Shown here one piece after another: positions 20,068 through 30,327 of a DNA stretch of 64,000 nucleotides. Both the position numbers and the translations under genes were made by a program. The notes under the pieces are model-generated. The model was not told the origin of the DNA, searched no databases, and saw only the letters and a list, made by a program, of their open reading frames with translations. The stretch spans positions 498,625 through 562,624 of the forward strand of contig JAWKKV010000001.1 of assembly GCA_041393015.1 (NCBI GenBank). The letters are read 5' to 3'. How positions within the stretch are numbered: the stretch's first letter is position 1; the number at the start of each line of letters is the position of its first letter. Source of the DNA: Chitinophagales bacterium (lineage in GTDB: Bacteria; Bacteroidota; Bacteroidia; Chitinophagales; JADIYW01).

Positions 20068-20484
20068 ATGAATAAATTTACTTTCCTTTTAATTGCTATC
20101 GTAATGCTTTTAGCTTCTTGTAAAGATAAGAGTGCTCCTGTTTTTTCTAGTTTCTTAATTAATGGTGCTCCTGTTGATCAAGTAGCCGGTGTTTATTCAG
20201 GAAGTTTCAATGATACTGCAGTGGTTGATATGATTATTCAGGATGATGAAGAGTTGTTTCAGTTTATTGCTTTTATTGATACCACAGGTGTAGGTGACAA
20301 TGAACGATTATATGCAGAAAGCCTAACAGGGAAAGAAGATTTTGTTAGAATGACTTATACTTTCAAAGCACTCGATTCTTTAAGCCAATTGTACTTTTTT
20401 GGGAATGCAGTTCCAGTAAATTTTACAGCTATCGATAACAATCAAAATACAAGTTCGATAATTGTAAACTTCACCGTTCAGTAA
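20068..20484 (+). CDS. lipoprotein, unknown function
   Basis: Signal peptide ending in lipobox LLASC. Confidence 0.55.
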   Translation: MNKFTFLLIAIVMLLASCKDKSAPVFSSFLINGAPVDQVAGVYSGSFNDTAVVDMIIQDDEELFQFIAFIDTTGVGDNERLYAESLTGKEDFVRMTYTFKALDSLSQLYFFGNAVPVNFTAIDNNQNTSSIIVNFTVQ

Positions 20485-20491
20485 GTTTAGA

Positions 20492-20770
20492 TTAATCTTC
20501 TAATTCAGCATCTAAATTCTTAATTTTTTCTAGAATTTCAGACTTCAAACCGTCCGTGCAGCATTTACGGTCTAATTTTGTTTTAACGAATTTTTTAAAT
20601 GCATCATCAATGGCATAATGTTCTAAGCATGATGGACATCTATTTATCTCTTTTATCAATCGAGCTTCTGTTTCCTTATCCAATTCGCCATCTAAAAGAA
20701 ATTCAACCTTTTCAACAACATCTTTACAGTTATGACCTCCAATCCCAAAAATTTTCAAAACTCGTTTCAT
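20492..20770 (-). CDS. soluble zinc-finger (zf-HC2/RsrA-like) anti-sigma factor
   Basis: 92 aa, no TM helix. Sequence HNC...LLDGELD...RCPSCLEHY has Cys/His spacing like ZAS anti-sigma factors. Lies immediately downstream of the ECF sigma gene. Confidence 0.6.
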   Translation of the reverse strand: MKRVLKIFGIGGHNCKDVVEKVEFLLDGELDKETEARLIKEINRCPSCLEHYAIDDAFKKFVKTKLDRKCCTDGLKSEILEKIKNLDAELED

Positions 20771-20847
20771 TTAATAATTATCAGTTATCGCGTTAATAGT
20801 ACAGTGGCTTAAATGAGCATCTAAAAAAATTGAATGCCATTCATTTA

Positions 20848-21414
20848 TTAGGTATAACCCAGCGTTCCTGCGTAATCTTTCAATTTTTCCTTTAATAAAT
20901 TCCTCGCTCTATGCAATCTAGATCTTACTGTTCCGATCGGAATATCAACTATTTTAGATATTTCCTCGTATGTAAAACCTTCCACATCACAAAGTAAAAT
21001 TACGGTCTTAAAATCAACGGGGATGCTATTAATGGCGTTCGACATTTCATCGCCTAACATACCCTGAAAGATTTCTTGTCGTAAATCTACACTGCCTTTA
21101 AATTTATCACTATCAGAATCATGATGACTTACAATGTCTTCAAAATCTACCTTATTAGGCTGCTTTGCCCTTTTGCGATAGTGATTAATAAACGCATTCT
21201 TCAGAATCTTGAACAACCATGCTTTAGAATTCGTTCCCACTTGATAAGAATCAATAAAACGATAAGCTTTCATGAAAGTCTCCTGAACCAAGTCATTCGC
21301 TTCCTCTTCGTTGTAGGTTAAGTGATAAGCAAAGTTGTATAAAGCATCTGCATGAGGAAAAAACTCATTGTGAAATGTTGAATCTCGTTGTTGCTTTGAT
21401 TTGGTAGTTCCCAT
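20848..21414 (-). CDS. ECF-type RNA polymerase sigma-70 family factor
   Basis: Region 2 (DLVQETFMKAYRF) and region 4 HTH (YEEISKIVDIPIGTVRSRLHRAR). ATG (MGTTKSK) preferred over TTG at 21423. Confidence 0.9.
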   Translation of the reverse strand: MGTTKSKQQRDSTFHNEFFPHADALYNFAYHLTYNEEEANDLVQETFMKAYRFIDSYQVGTNSKAWLFKILKNAFINHYRKRAKQPNKVDFEDIVSHHDSDSDKFKGSVDLRQEIFQGMLGDEMSNAINSIPVDFKTVILLCDVEGFTYEEISKIVDIPIGTVRSRLHRARNLLKEKLKDYAGTLGYT

Positions 21415-21507
21415 GTGATGCAAAGTTAAATATATGATTTATTATTTAGTTGAGTTAGATAGAAATTTCACTGTTTATAACAATTGGATTTATAATTTAC
21501 CTTTACC

Positions 21508-22314
21508 ATGCAAATGAAAACATCACTGATTGTTAGCACTTATAATCGACCTGATGCCTTGCGTTTAACGCTTAAAAGCATTGCGCGGCAGCGTCTGCTT
21601 CCCAGTGAAGTAATTATTGCAGATGACGGCTCTACCAATGAGACTAAGTTATTGGTGGATGAATTTGCGGCGAACTTTCCAATTCCTATTCAACATGTTT
21701 GGCAAGAAGATAAAGGATTTAGATTGGCAGCCATTAGAAATAAAGCCATTAAAAAAGCTTCGGGCGAGTTTTTAATTTTTACAGATGGCGATATTATTCT
21801 ACACAAAGATTTTATTCAATCACATATAAGTTTTGCTCTGCCAAAACATTTTTGTCAAGGACATCGCGTTTTATTAAATGCTAGCGCTACAAAAAAAGCT
21901 ATAGAAAATGAGCAACTTAATTTTGGCCTGTTTGATAGTGGCATCAACAATCGCTTATACGCATTTCACCATCTTGGTTTTTCAAAACTAATGTCCAAAA
22001 CCGTTTTAAGCGAAGAAAAAGTAAAAGGCTGCAACTTTTCTTGTTATAGAGAAGATGCTATAAAAATCAATGGTTTTAATGAATCCTTTATCGGTTGGGG
22101 GAAAGAAGATGCTGAGTTTATCGCTCGATTAATCAACTCAGGAGTGAAAGGAATAGATATAAAATTTGCCGCTGTAGCGTTTCACTTAGATCACGGAGAA
22201 AATTTTAAAAAGAAAACGGAAGATGCTTTACCAAACAATCTATTATTTGTAGAAAAAGCTAAAAAAGAAAAGTTGACTTGGTGTGACAATGGAATTCTAA
22301 AGAAAACTTATTAA
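21508..22314 (+). CDS. family-2 glycosyltransferase (LPS/glycan biosynthesis type)
   Basis: SLIVSTYNRPDAL, IIADDGSTNET, TDGD, and a C-terminal GWGKEDAEF motif (galactosyltransferase-C-like). Confidence 0.8.
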   Translation: MQMKTSLIVSTYNRPDALRLTLKSIARQRLLPSEVIIADDGSTNETKLLVDEFAANFPIPIQHVWQEDKGFRLAAIRNKAIKKASGEFLIFTDGDIILHKDFIQSHISFALPKHFCQGHRVLLNASATKKAIENEQLNFGLFDSGINNRLYAFHHLGFSKLMSKTVLSEEKVKGCNFSCYREDAIKINGFNESFIGWGKEDAEFIARLINSGVKGIDIKFAAVAFHLDHGENFKKKTEDALPNNLLFVEKAKKEKLTWCDNGILKKTY

Positions 22315-22334
22315 TTGAGTGAGATTTAAAGAAA

Positions 22335-22874
22335 TTAGTTATCCTTTTCTTTTAACTCCTTTTTTTGTGTAACTTTTCCATAAACAAATACAGTTACCAA
22401 AGATACCAAAGTAGAACCTCCGAGCACTCCTGCAAGAACTGGCTGCCCACTTAAACCCAATACAGTTGAAACACCTATAAGAAGCAGTGCTATAATAAAT
22501 CCAAATATTTGACCATACCTACTCTGTCTTAATTGTTCAGTTACTGCATGAGATTCCAAAGATCTTCTATGTTCTCCTTGCTTTTCTGCCATGACCATAA
22601 TTCTTTCAGCACCATTTTCAATGACATTATTATACTCTTTAAGCATTCTTGGCGGAGGTAAAGGACCTGAAAAAGATTCCTTTTTAAATATAGAAACAAC
22701 TGCACTATATAATTTGGTCTTTTCTTCTTCTGGGATTTCAAGAGCCTCAACAATTGGAATAAATTCATTCTGATTAGAAAGGTTTTCTTTCCTTTTATTT
22801 TTTCCCTTTTGAGGTTTTTCTCCTCCCTTTTTGGAATTATCTTTAGTGGGTTCTAAAGGTTCTATTTCTTCCAT
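22335..22874 (-). CDS. DUF2335-like membrane protein
   Basis: K-rich N-terminus, LPPPRMLKEYNNVIENGAERIMVMAEKQGEHRRSLE motif, then two C-terminal TM helices. Confidence 0.6.
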   Translation of the reverse strand: MEEIEPLEPTKDNSKKGGEKPQKGKNKRKENLSNQNEFIPIVEALEIPEEEKTKLYSAVVSIFKKESFSGPLPPPRMLKEYNNVIENGAERIMVMAEKQGEHRRSLESHAVTEQLRQSRYGQIFGFIIALLLIGVSTVLGLSGQPVLAGVLGGSTLVSLVTVFVYGKVTQKKELKEKDN

Positions 22875-22879
22875 TCCTC

Positions 22880-23239
22880 TTATAATTGTTTAGTCAAACT
22901 AGAATTTAACTGTTTAATTCTTAATTCTAATTGTTTAATCCTAGATTCTAATTGATTAATCTCAATAGAATCTACTTCATGATTAATCTCAATAGAATCT
23001 ATTTGACTAAGTAATTTAGGAGATAATTCTAACCTTAATTTATTCTGAGCTTCTCTAATGTCATCTCCAACCACTCCCCAATCGTTTTTAATGGCTTTTG
23101 AATCAGCTTCTTCCTCAGTTTTCGAATAATTGAAATTATAATAATTCCCAGAAATATTGAAGATACTTCCTAGCCCATCTAAAAATGAACTTTTAGAAAA
23201 AAGGTAGTCAGTATGATATAGTTTTTTCAAATAAGACAT
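22880..23239 (-). CDS. hypothetical coiled-coil protein with an internal 27-bp tandem duplication
   Basis: ATG (MSYLKKLY) preferred over GTG at 23281. Contains DWGVVGDDIREA motif. Repeats DSIEINHEV/DSIEINQLE and RIKQLELRIKQL. 5 nt upstream of the DUF2335 gene. Confidence 0.45.
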   Translation of the reverse strand: MSYLKKLYHTDYLFSKSSFLDGLGSIFNISGNYYNFNYSKTEEEADSKAIKNDWGVVGDDIREAQNKLRLELSPKLLSQIDSIEINHEVDSIEINQLESRIKQLELRIKQLNSSLTKQL

Positions 23240-23609
23240 TCTACCTGACAGTTTTGTTGATAATTTAGTACAATTATACACATTTACACAAACATTTGTT
23301 TCAATAGCTTCATTAATTTATGTTATAACACTTAAACATTTTGCATTAAAACGAAGTTCAAATTCAACTTATTTTGTATCAAATTGAATAATAAGATTAG
23401 TAAGTTAATCATTCCCTTTATGTTTTTGTTCAAAAAATAGAAAAACTATCTTTTCCCTTCTAACTTTATTAAAAGTTGCTTCACTAAACCCAATTTAGTA
23501 TAGTTTCCCAAAAAGTATCAAAATTTACATAAATAATTCCCTCATTTGCATTGTAAAAAAGACTTTTGTATAATTATCTATGAAATTCATAATATTATAT
23601 AAAGAACCC

Positions 23610-24836
23610 CTAATCAGCTAATAATTTCTCTTCTTCCTTTGTTTGAACCAACACAGAAACCACCATCAAAAAAGTTGTTTTTCCAACAATCAACTCAATA
23701 CTCTGCTCACCAATAAAGGTTGAAAATGTGAGCATATAAAAAGGAATGACTAAAGGATGCCTTCGCCAAAAATAAAATAGCGGAATACATAGAAAGGTAT
23801 AAAAAGCGAACATCCCTAAAAACCCAAAACAGGCCAAAGAAAAAACAACCTGATTAATGGGTGAATAGCGCAGATCCATGGGCAAATCAGGATAAGTGAC
23901 TTCAAACTTCTTATCCGTGGCCTCTTCAATATCTCCCACTCCTACTCCAAAAAAAGGATGTTCTTTTGCCAATATCCAACCATTTAAAATGGAGTAAATC
24001 CTTATTCTGTCAGAATTATGATACGCTCCATGTTCATCTAAAGCTGTACTGATATCCCATTTTACATACGACATTTTATTCTTGAAGGAAGGGAAACTAG
24101 TGTAAGCCACAGCAAATATTAAAACCAAAGCAGCAAAACCAGCCAAGCCAAGTTTGTATTTTTTAGTGCGAAATATATAATAGCAACCGGAAAGTATTAA
24201 TGTAAGATACAAGGCTAAAAGACCTGTTCTAACGGCCAAAACATGAATGAATACCATTAAAAACAATGCAGCAAAACCATATAAATATCGTTCCCATTTA
24301 CTAACAAAATAAAATTTTGTTGCGGTTAAATAGATAGAAAAGAGCACGGCTATCGCTACCAAATGGCTATACCAAATATGAATGATGGGCGTTACAATTG
24401 TTTTCCCTCTTAAATAACCATCGTTTATTTCCTCAAAATTTAGAAGATAGCCTACCAGTAATTTTATACTGATGACTAAGTTAACGACTACATAAATCGC
24501 CAAAAAAGCATTGACATATTTCTTCTTTAACGGACCAATTAAATGAAACGCCAAAGGAATCACTAAAAAGATTAAGTTAGAATTGACTCGTCCCAACCAA
24601 TTCGAAGTGTTTTCACTATTGATTCCCGATAAAACATAAATAAGTAGAATCAAGCTTAATCCATAATATTTTGGATGACTTATAAATGATCGCAACTTTT
24701 TCCTTACATCCTTATTAGATAAGCCCAATAACAACAATAAATAAGGCACTACGGATAAAAGAAAAATTGAATAGTATAAGCCTATGCAAATTAGCAAGAA
24801 TAAAAACAATAAGACCTTTCTGTCTACATTCATCAA
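23610..24836 (-). CDS. O-antigen ligase / Wzy-like polytopic membrane protein
   Basis: About 10-12 TM helices with a large loop containing AKEHPFFGVGVGD, typical of the Wzy_C/O-antigen ligase family. Confidence 0.7.
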   Translation of the reverse strand: MMNVDRKVLLFLFLLICIGLYYSIFLLSVVPYLLLLLGLSNKDVRKKLRSFISHPKYYGLSLILLIYVLSGINSENTSNWLGRVNSNLIFLVIPLAFHLIGPLKKKYVNAFLAIYVVVNLVISIKLLVGYLLNFEEINDGYLRGKTIVTPIIHIWYSHLVAIAVLFSIYLTATKFYFVSKWERYLYGFAALFLMVFIHVLAVRTGLLALYLTLILSGCYYIFRTKKYKLGLAGFAALVLIFAVAYTSFPSFKNKMSYVKWDISTALDEHGAYHNSDRIRIYSILNGWILAKEHPFFGVGVGDIEEATDKKFEVTYPDLPMDLRYSPINQVVFSLACFGFLGMFAFYTFLCIPLFYFWRRHPLVIPFYMLTFSTFIGEQSIELIVGKTTFLMVVSVLVQTKEEEKLLAD

Positions 24837-24915
24837 TTGTAATGGGTTGGCTTCTAATTCAAAGGTAATACGATAGATATTAACAGATATTGCATTAAAA
24901 TTATATCTTTCAGTT

Positions 24916-25515
24916 ATGAAAATCGGTCTCTACTTCGGATCCTTCAATCCAATTCATTTAGGTCATTTAATTGTAGCCAATAGTATGCTCGAAACAGCAC
25001 TGTTAGATGAGATATGGTTTGTGCTATCTCCCCAAAGTCCATTTAAAACCCAATCAGAACTAGCGGATGAAGAAGACCGTAAAGCAATGTTGGAATTGGC
25101 GATTAAGGACAATCCTAAATTTAAAATCAGCACTATTGAGTTTGATTTGCCAAAACCATCATACACCATCAACACCTTAAAAGCATTAAAAAAAGCACAT
25201 CCGGAAGAATTGTTTTCCATTGTGATGGGGGCGGATAATTTGATCAATTTCCATAAATGGAAAGCCTATGAAGAAATCATTGAGTTGGTTAATATTCAAG
25301 TATATGCACGAAGCACAAATGCTGCTATTCCTCCCGAATGGAAAACACATGAAATCGTTCATATTCATCCCTTACCATTGATTAATATTTCCTCCACTTT
25401 CATTCGAAAAAAGGTCGCCAATAAGGAAAGCATTAAGTATTGGGTGCGTAAAAAAGTAGAACAATACATTATTAAAAATAAGTTATACAGAACACTTGAA
25501 TCGGAAAACGACTAA
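24916..25515 (+). CDS. nadD: nicotinate-nucleotide adenylyltransferase
   Basis: GLYFGSFNPIHLGHL (HxGH nucleotidyltransferase motif) and ISSTFIRK. Confidence 0.9.
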   Translation: MKIGLYFGSFNPIHLGHLIVANSMLETALLDEIWFVLSPQSPFKTQSELADEEDRKAMLELAIKDNPKFKISTIEFDLPKPSYTINTLKALKKAHPEELFSIVMGADNLINFHKWKAYEEIIELVNIQVYARSTNAAIPPEWKTHEIVHIHPLPLINISSTFIRKKVANKESIKYWVRKKVEQYIIKNKLYRTLESEND

Positions 25516-25542
25516 GCAATTCCATTAATATATATTCACTTT

Positions 25543-25577
25543 AATTAGTTGTTTTGACAACTAAATTGATGTAACTT
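25543..25577 (+). promoter_or_regulatory. candidate Bacteroidota promoter (-33 TTG, -7 TAACTTTG) overlapped by an 8-bp-arm palindrome
   Basis: Palindrome ttagttgt(25543-50)/acaactaa(25555-62). TTG at 25547-49. TAACTTTG at 25570-77, only 6 nt before the ATG at 25584. Confidence 0.45.
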
Positions 25578-25583
25578 TGTTTT

Positions 25584-26135
25584 ATGAGATTAGATCATAT
25601 TGCCTACAGAGTGCGCGATAGAAATAAGACGGCACAGTTCCTAATAAAGTGTTTGGGATATCGCTTAGCTGCTGATTTGCCCGAAGGATTTGATATTCAA
25701 TTTGAAGATGGATCACTAGCCAAATGTTTGGTTTTAGAGCCTTCTGAAAAAACTTTAGAGAATGCTCCATGGACGGCATTGACTTCCATAAATGGCATCG
25801 AAACGCAAGAATACCACATGCCTCCTGAAATTTTTGTTTCTGACGGCAGCAATGGTTCTGTTGTAAAGAGCTGGGTAGAAGCACGAGGTGGCGTTGGCGG
25901 CATTCATCATTTAGCTTATCAGGTAGCTTCTGTAGAAGACACTATGAAAGAATGGATCGAAAAAGGCTATGCTGAATTTACAACAAACGAACCTTTAAAA
26001 TGTCCGGAATTGACTCAGGTTTTCACTAAACCATCAGAGTTAACCGGCGTAATTTATGAGTTCATTGAGCGAGGAAAGCAAGGTTTCTGCAAAGACAATG
26101 TGAAAGACTTAATGGAAAGCACTAAAAATTTATAA
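25584..26135 (+). CDS. VOC (glyoxalase/dioxygenase) family protein
   Basis: [20 protein letters not shown] start and a second [10 protein letters not shown] module, i.e. paired beta-alpha-beta-beta-beta VOC modules. Stop lies 2 nt before the next gene. Confidence 0.7.
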   Translation: MRLDHIAYRVRDRNKTAQFLIKCLGYRLAADLPEGFDIQFEDGSLAKCLVLEPSEKTLENAPWTALTSINGIETQEYHMPPEIFVSDGSNGSVVKSWVEARGGVGGIHHLAYQVASVEDTMKEWIEKGYAEFTTNEPLKCPELTQVFTKPSELTGVIYEFIERGKQGFCKDNVKDLMESTKNL

Positions 26136-26137
26136 TC

Positions 26138-27661
26138 ATGATACAAGAAATATTTAATGCCTTAGGAATTCAAGACAGTAATAATGGCGCCTTTATTGGT
26201 GGAAGCGATTTTCAACCATCAGGTTTTGAGTCTATAATTACTTCTTACAATCCAACAACAGGAGAAAGATTAGCAGAAGTAAAAAGCTGTACCCTAGAAG
26301 ACTATCATACCATCGTTGAGAAATCTGATGAAGTTTTCAAGAAATGGAGAATGTTGCCTGCGCCGGAAAGAGGTTTAATTATTAGAGACATGGCTAACAT
26401 CTTAAGAGAAAACAAAGATGCTTTGGGCAGTTTAGTAAGTCTTGAAAACGGAAAAATTAAAGCAGAAGGCGATGGTGAAGTACAGGAAATGATCGACATT
26501 GCTGATTTTGCAGTAGGTTTATCTCGTCAATTATATGGTTTAACCATGCATTCTGAAAGACCGATGCATAGAATGTACGAACAATGGCATCCATTGGGTA
26601 ATGTTGGCATTATCAGTGCATTTAACTTCCCGGTTGCGGTTTGGGCATGGAATGCATTTTTAGCAGCCATTTGTGGAGACATCAGTATTTGGAAACCATC
26701 ACCTAAAACACCATTAACCGCAGTAGCTATTCAACATTTATGCAATAAAGTATTGAAAGCTCATGGTTGGGAAGGTGTTTTCAATTTAGTCATTGGAGAA
26801 AATAAATCGGTTGGCGATACCATGATCAGAGATAAAAGAATTCCTTTGGTTTCTTTTACCGGATCAACTAAAGTGGGAAAATACATTTCTGCTGTCGTTC
26901 AAGAAAGAATGGGTAAAAACCTATTAGAATTAGGCGGAAATAATGCCTTAATCATTGATGAAACGGCCGATTTAAAATTAGCGATTCCTGCTGTTGTTTT
27001 TGGCGCAGTAGGTACTGCCGGACAAAGATGTACGAGCACAAGAAGAGTATTTATACATGCTTCTAAATTTGATGAGTTAAAAAATACCTTGGTAAAAGCC
27101 TACGATCAAGTTAGAATTGGTGATCCTTTAGATAAGAACACTTTAATGGGACCATTAATCGATGAATCTTCGGTAAAAAATTATCAAAATGCCATTGATC
27201 AAGCCATTGAACAAGGCGGCACTGTATTGTGTGGTAACGAAGTGTTGGACAGAAAAGGTCATTTTGTAAAACCAACTATTATAGAAATACATCACGATGC
27301 AGCCATTGTTTTAGAAGAAACTTTTGCTCCCATTTTATACTTGATAAAAATTGATAGTTTAGATCAAGCGATTGAATACAACAATGAAGTGGCTCAAGGA
27401 TTATCCTCTGCGCTATTTACAGATAGTTTAAAAAATGCAGAGCGATTCTTATCGCATTCAGGTAGTGATTGTGGCATTGCTAACGTTAATATTGGTACTT
27501 CAGGAGCAGAAATTGGTGGCGCTTTCGGTGGCGAAAAAGAAACCGGCGGTGGAAGAGAATCAGGATCTGATGCTTGGAGAATTTACATGCGTAGACAAAC
27601 CAATACAATTAATTGGAGTAACGATTTGCCATTGGCTCAAGGTATTAAATTTGATTTTTAA
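26138..27661 (+). CDS. aldehyde dehydrogenase, alpha-aminoadipate semialdehyde (ALDH7/piperideine-6-carboxylate) dehydrogenase type
   Basis: ALDH motifs [24 protein letters not shown] (catalytic Cys). ALDH7-like N-terminus and length (507 aa). Confidence 0.88.
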   Translation: MIQEIFNALGIQDSNNGAFIGGSDFQPSGFESIITSYNPTTGERLAEVKSCTLEDYHTIVEKSDEVFKKWRMLPAPERGLIIRDMANILRENKDALGSLVSLENGKIKAEGDGEVQEMIDIADFAVGLSRQLYGLTMHSERPMHRMYEQWHPLGNVGIISAFNFPVAVWAWNAFLAAICGDISIWKPSPKTPLTAVAIQHLCNKVLKAHGWEGVFNLVIGENKSVGDTMIRDKRIPLVSFTGSTKVGKYISAVVQERMGKNLLELGGNNALIIDETADLKLAIPAVVFGAVGTAGQRCTSTRRVFIHASKFDELKNTLVKAYDQVRIGDPLDKNTLMGPLIDESSVKNYQNAIDQAIEQGGTVLCGNEVLDRKGHFVKPTIIEIHHDAAIVLEETFAPILYLIKIDSLDQAIEYNNEVAQGLSSALFTDSLKNAERFLSHSGSDCGIANVNIGTSGAEIGGAFGGEKETGGGRESGSDAWRIYMRRQTNTINWSNDLPLAQGIKFDF

Positions 27662-27720
27662 TCCATCTACATCATTCAAATCTGAAAGACTTTAAATAAT
27701 TTCAGGTTAAAACATAACAA

Positions 27721-29058
27721 ATGAAAAACATCCTTATCATAGGTGCTGGGAGGTCTTGCTCTTCAATGATTCGTTATTTTTTACAAAATGCGGAACAAGA
27801 GAATTGGACGATCCATGTTGGAGATATGGATGTAAAGATGGCACAAGAAAAAGTGGGTAATCACCCCAGAGGAAAAGCTTTTCAGTTTAATGCATTAGAT
27901 CCTGCACAAAGAGATAAGGCATTTAAGAATGTTGATTTAATCGTGTCGATGTTGCCGGCGCATTTGCATATTGAAATTGCAAAAGATTGTATTGCCAAAA
28001 AGATCAATTTGATTACTCCTTCTTATATTTCTCCTGAAATGCAAGCTTTAGATAAAGATGCCCAAGCTGCCGATATCATTATCATGAATGAAATTGGTGT
28101 CGACCCGGGAATAGATCACATGAGTGCCAAAAAAGTATTGGATAAAATTGAAGCGGAAGGTGGAGAAATTACTTGCTTTGAATCCTTCACCGGTGGATTA
28201 GTCGCGCCAGAAAGCGATGACAACCCCTGGAATTATAAGTTTACTTGGAATCCTAGAAATGTCGTTTTAGCCGGACAAGGAAGTGCTTCCAAATTTATTC
28301 AAGAAGGACAATACAAATACATTCCCTACCATAAATTGTTTAGAAGAACGGAGATTATTGATATTGAAGGATATGGTAAATTTGAAGGCTATGCCAACAG
28401 AGATTCTTTAAAATATAGAGCAGTTTATGGCTTGCATCATATTCCAACCATTTATAGAGGAACTTTAAGAAGAGTAGGTTTTTGTAGAGCATGGAATGTT
28501 TTTGTTCAATTGGGTGCTACTGATGATAGCTATATTTTAGAAGGCTCAAAAGATATGACCAAAAGGCAATTTATTAACTCCTTTTTGTCTTATAACCCAC
28601 ACGACTCCGTAGAGCTAAAGCTGCGTTATTATCTTAAAATTGAACAAGATGATATCATTTGGGATAAATTAGTTTGGTTAGGCATTTTTGATCACACACC
28701 TTTAGGTATTGAAGAAGATAAAACGCCCGCACAGATCTTACAAAAGATTTTAGAAGAAAAATGGACGTTAGCTCCACACGACAAAGACATGATTGTAATG
28801 TGGCATAAATTCGGTTACACTGTTAAAGGAGAACGAAAATGGGTAAACTCCTCAATGGTTTATATTGGAGAAGATCAAACCTATACCGCCATGAGTGAAA
28901 CGGTAGGATTACCGGTAGCCATTTGCGCTAAGATGATTTTAAATGGCACCATTCAATCAAAAGGCGTTCATTTACCGATAACGAAAGAAATCTACGATCC
29001 GGTTTTAAATGAATTGGCTGAGCATGGTGTTCGATTTGTTGAGCAAGAAGTGAGTTAA
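27721..29058 (+). CDS. saccharopine dehydrogenase family protein
   Basis: Rossmann start ILIIGAGRSCSS, GVDPGIDHM motif; 445 aa, typical of the NADP-type Sacchrp_dh family. Confidence 0.85.
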   Translation: MKNILIIGAGRSCSSMIRYFLQNAEQENWTIHVGDMDVKMAQEKVGNHPRGKAFQFNALDPAQRDKAFKNVDLIVSMLPAHLHIEIAKDCIAKKINLITPSYISPEMQALDKDAQAADIIIMNEIGVDPGIDHMSAKKVLDKIEAEGGEITCFESFTGGLVAPESDDNPWNYKFTWNPRNVVLAGQGSASKFIQEGQYKYIPYHKLFRRTEIIDIEGYGKFEGYANRDSLKYRAVYGLHHIPTIYRGTLRRVGFCRAWNVFVQLGATDDSYILEGSKDMTKRQFINSFLSYNPHDSVELKLRYYLKIEQDDIIWDKLVWLGIFDHTPLGIEEDKTPAQILQKILEEKWTLAPHDKDMIVMWHKFGYTVKGERKWVNSSMVYIGEDQTYTAMSETVGLPVAICAKMILNGTIQSKGVHLPITKEIYDPVLNELAEHGVRFVEQEVS

Positions 29059-29159
29059 ATCGAAAATACTCCTCAATAAATCGATTCTATAGCTTTTTTA
29101 AGTATGATTTTTCTATTTTGGCATGTAATTTGAAACAACTAATGCAAAAACAACTAATC

Positions 29160-29729
29160 ATGAGAAAATTAATTATGACATTTACAATGCTAGCTTTTGT
29201 GGCAATGGGCTGCATGAATGCACAGCAAGGACAAGGTCAATACATGCATACTGGCACCTATACCTTACAATTTGACGATAACGTAAAAATTAAAATAGGT
29301 GGAGCAGCACAGGACCAATCTTCTAAACAATGGCAAAATGGTGGCAAAGTAGGCAACACTGAAATTAGTGGTGAAGACTTCAAGAAAATGCAAGAAGCTA
29401 CCTCTAGCCAATTTAAGTTTGAAATTGAAAGCAAGTCAATTGGAACCTTACACAAGATTAAAGTAACTGACCTTAGCAATGGTAAAACTGTTAACGGTAT
29501 TTACGATGAAAGAAAAAATGAATTTACTTTTGGATCATCTAAAAGTACTAATGCTGGAAACGGTGCTGGTAAAGTTGAAATTGGAGTGATCAAAGGGAAA
29601 CTAGATATTGATTCAAGTACTATTACAGATGGTAAATACGAAGTTGGATTTATTGCAGGTAAAGCTCCTGTATTAGTTTCAGCAAGTGCAACATTTACCT
29701 TTACAGGTTCAGCAAAAGCTGCAAAGTAA
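29160..29729 (+). CDS. secreted hypothetical protein
   Basis: MRKLIMTFTMLAFVAMGCMNAQQ signal sequence. The start is chosen inside a TTG-initiated ORF (29118). Confidence 0.5.
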   Translation: MRKLIMTFTMLAFVAMGCMNAQQGQGQYMHTGTYTLQFDDNVKIKIGGAAQDQSSKQWQNGGKVGNTEISGEDFKKMQEATSSQFKFEIESKSIGTLHKIKVTDLSNGKTVNGIYDERKNEFTFGSSKSTNAGNGAGKVEIGVIKGKLDIDSSTITDGKYEVGFIAGKAPVLVSASATFTFTGSAKAAK

Positions 29730-29754
29730 ACAAACTAAAATATTAAAAATTGAA

Positions 29755-29786
29755 AAGCATCCGTCATTTGGCGGATGCTTTTTTTT
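29755..29786 (+). terminator. rho-independent terminator
   Basis: aagcatccg / cggatgctt stem followed by a T7 run. Confidence 0.7.
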
Positions 29787-29817
29787 GTTCTTAAATTAAT
29801 ATTTACTCTTGCCCACA

Positions 29818-30327
29818 CTATTCCATTCTATCTTTTGTTTTAGCATCCAAGATTTGCAACATCGTAGGAATTCTAAAATTTCCATGCATTGATTGAATAA
29901 GTTTTTTCGCTTTTAGCAAATCAACTCCTTTAGCCGAAATATATAAGGGCTTTTTACTCTCTCCTCTGAAAAGCTCCACGACATTCTTATCATTACCGAA
30001 GAAGCTAGTTTTAGCGACTCCAATGATTGGAATTTTCTCATCCAATGCTTCATAGAGATAGCCACCCAAACCGAGTTTCCCATCATCATCTAACACAACA
30101 AAACTATCTACAATAATGTATTTTACTTCCTCCAATGCAACTCGTTTCAATAAACTAAGGATACAAGGTAATTCTCGTTTATAAAATGCTCCAGGTTCAT
30201 ACTCTTCTACATCTTTTAAGATCTCTCGATAGACAATCATTGGCGTTTCATCTGACCAATTTGCCAAACCCAAACCAACCGTTTTTGCTTTATTATTGTA
30301 ATAGTATGTGTCAAAGGCTAAGATCAT
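29818..30327 (-). CDS. endonuclease V family protein (short form)
   Basis: Aligns by eye to Nfi: AFDTYY (catalytic Asp region), YEPGAFYKRELP (like YIPGFLSFRE), IIVDS, PIIGVAK. Lacks about 40 N-terminal residues. Confidence 0.65.
   Translation of the reverse strand: MILAFDTYYYNNKAKTVGLGLANWSDETPMIVYREILKDVEEYEPGAFYKRELPCILSLLKRVALEEVKYIIVDSFVVLDDDGKLGLGGYLYEALDEKIPIIGVAKTSFFGNDKNVVELFRGESKKPLYISAKGVDLLKAKKLIQSMHGNFRIPTMLQILDAKTKDRME

Noticed and set aside
25582-25903. Antisense ORFs overlapping the VOC gene. Similar short antisense ORFs occur inside asnS, the oxygenase, ppx, nadD, the ALDH, the M42 peptidase, pfkB, the GH88/105 gene and moaC
   Set aside because: Each overlaps a gene with clear family motifs, so they are most simply chance open frames.
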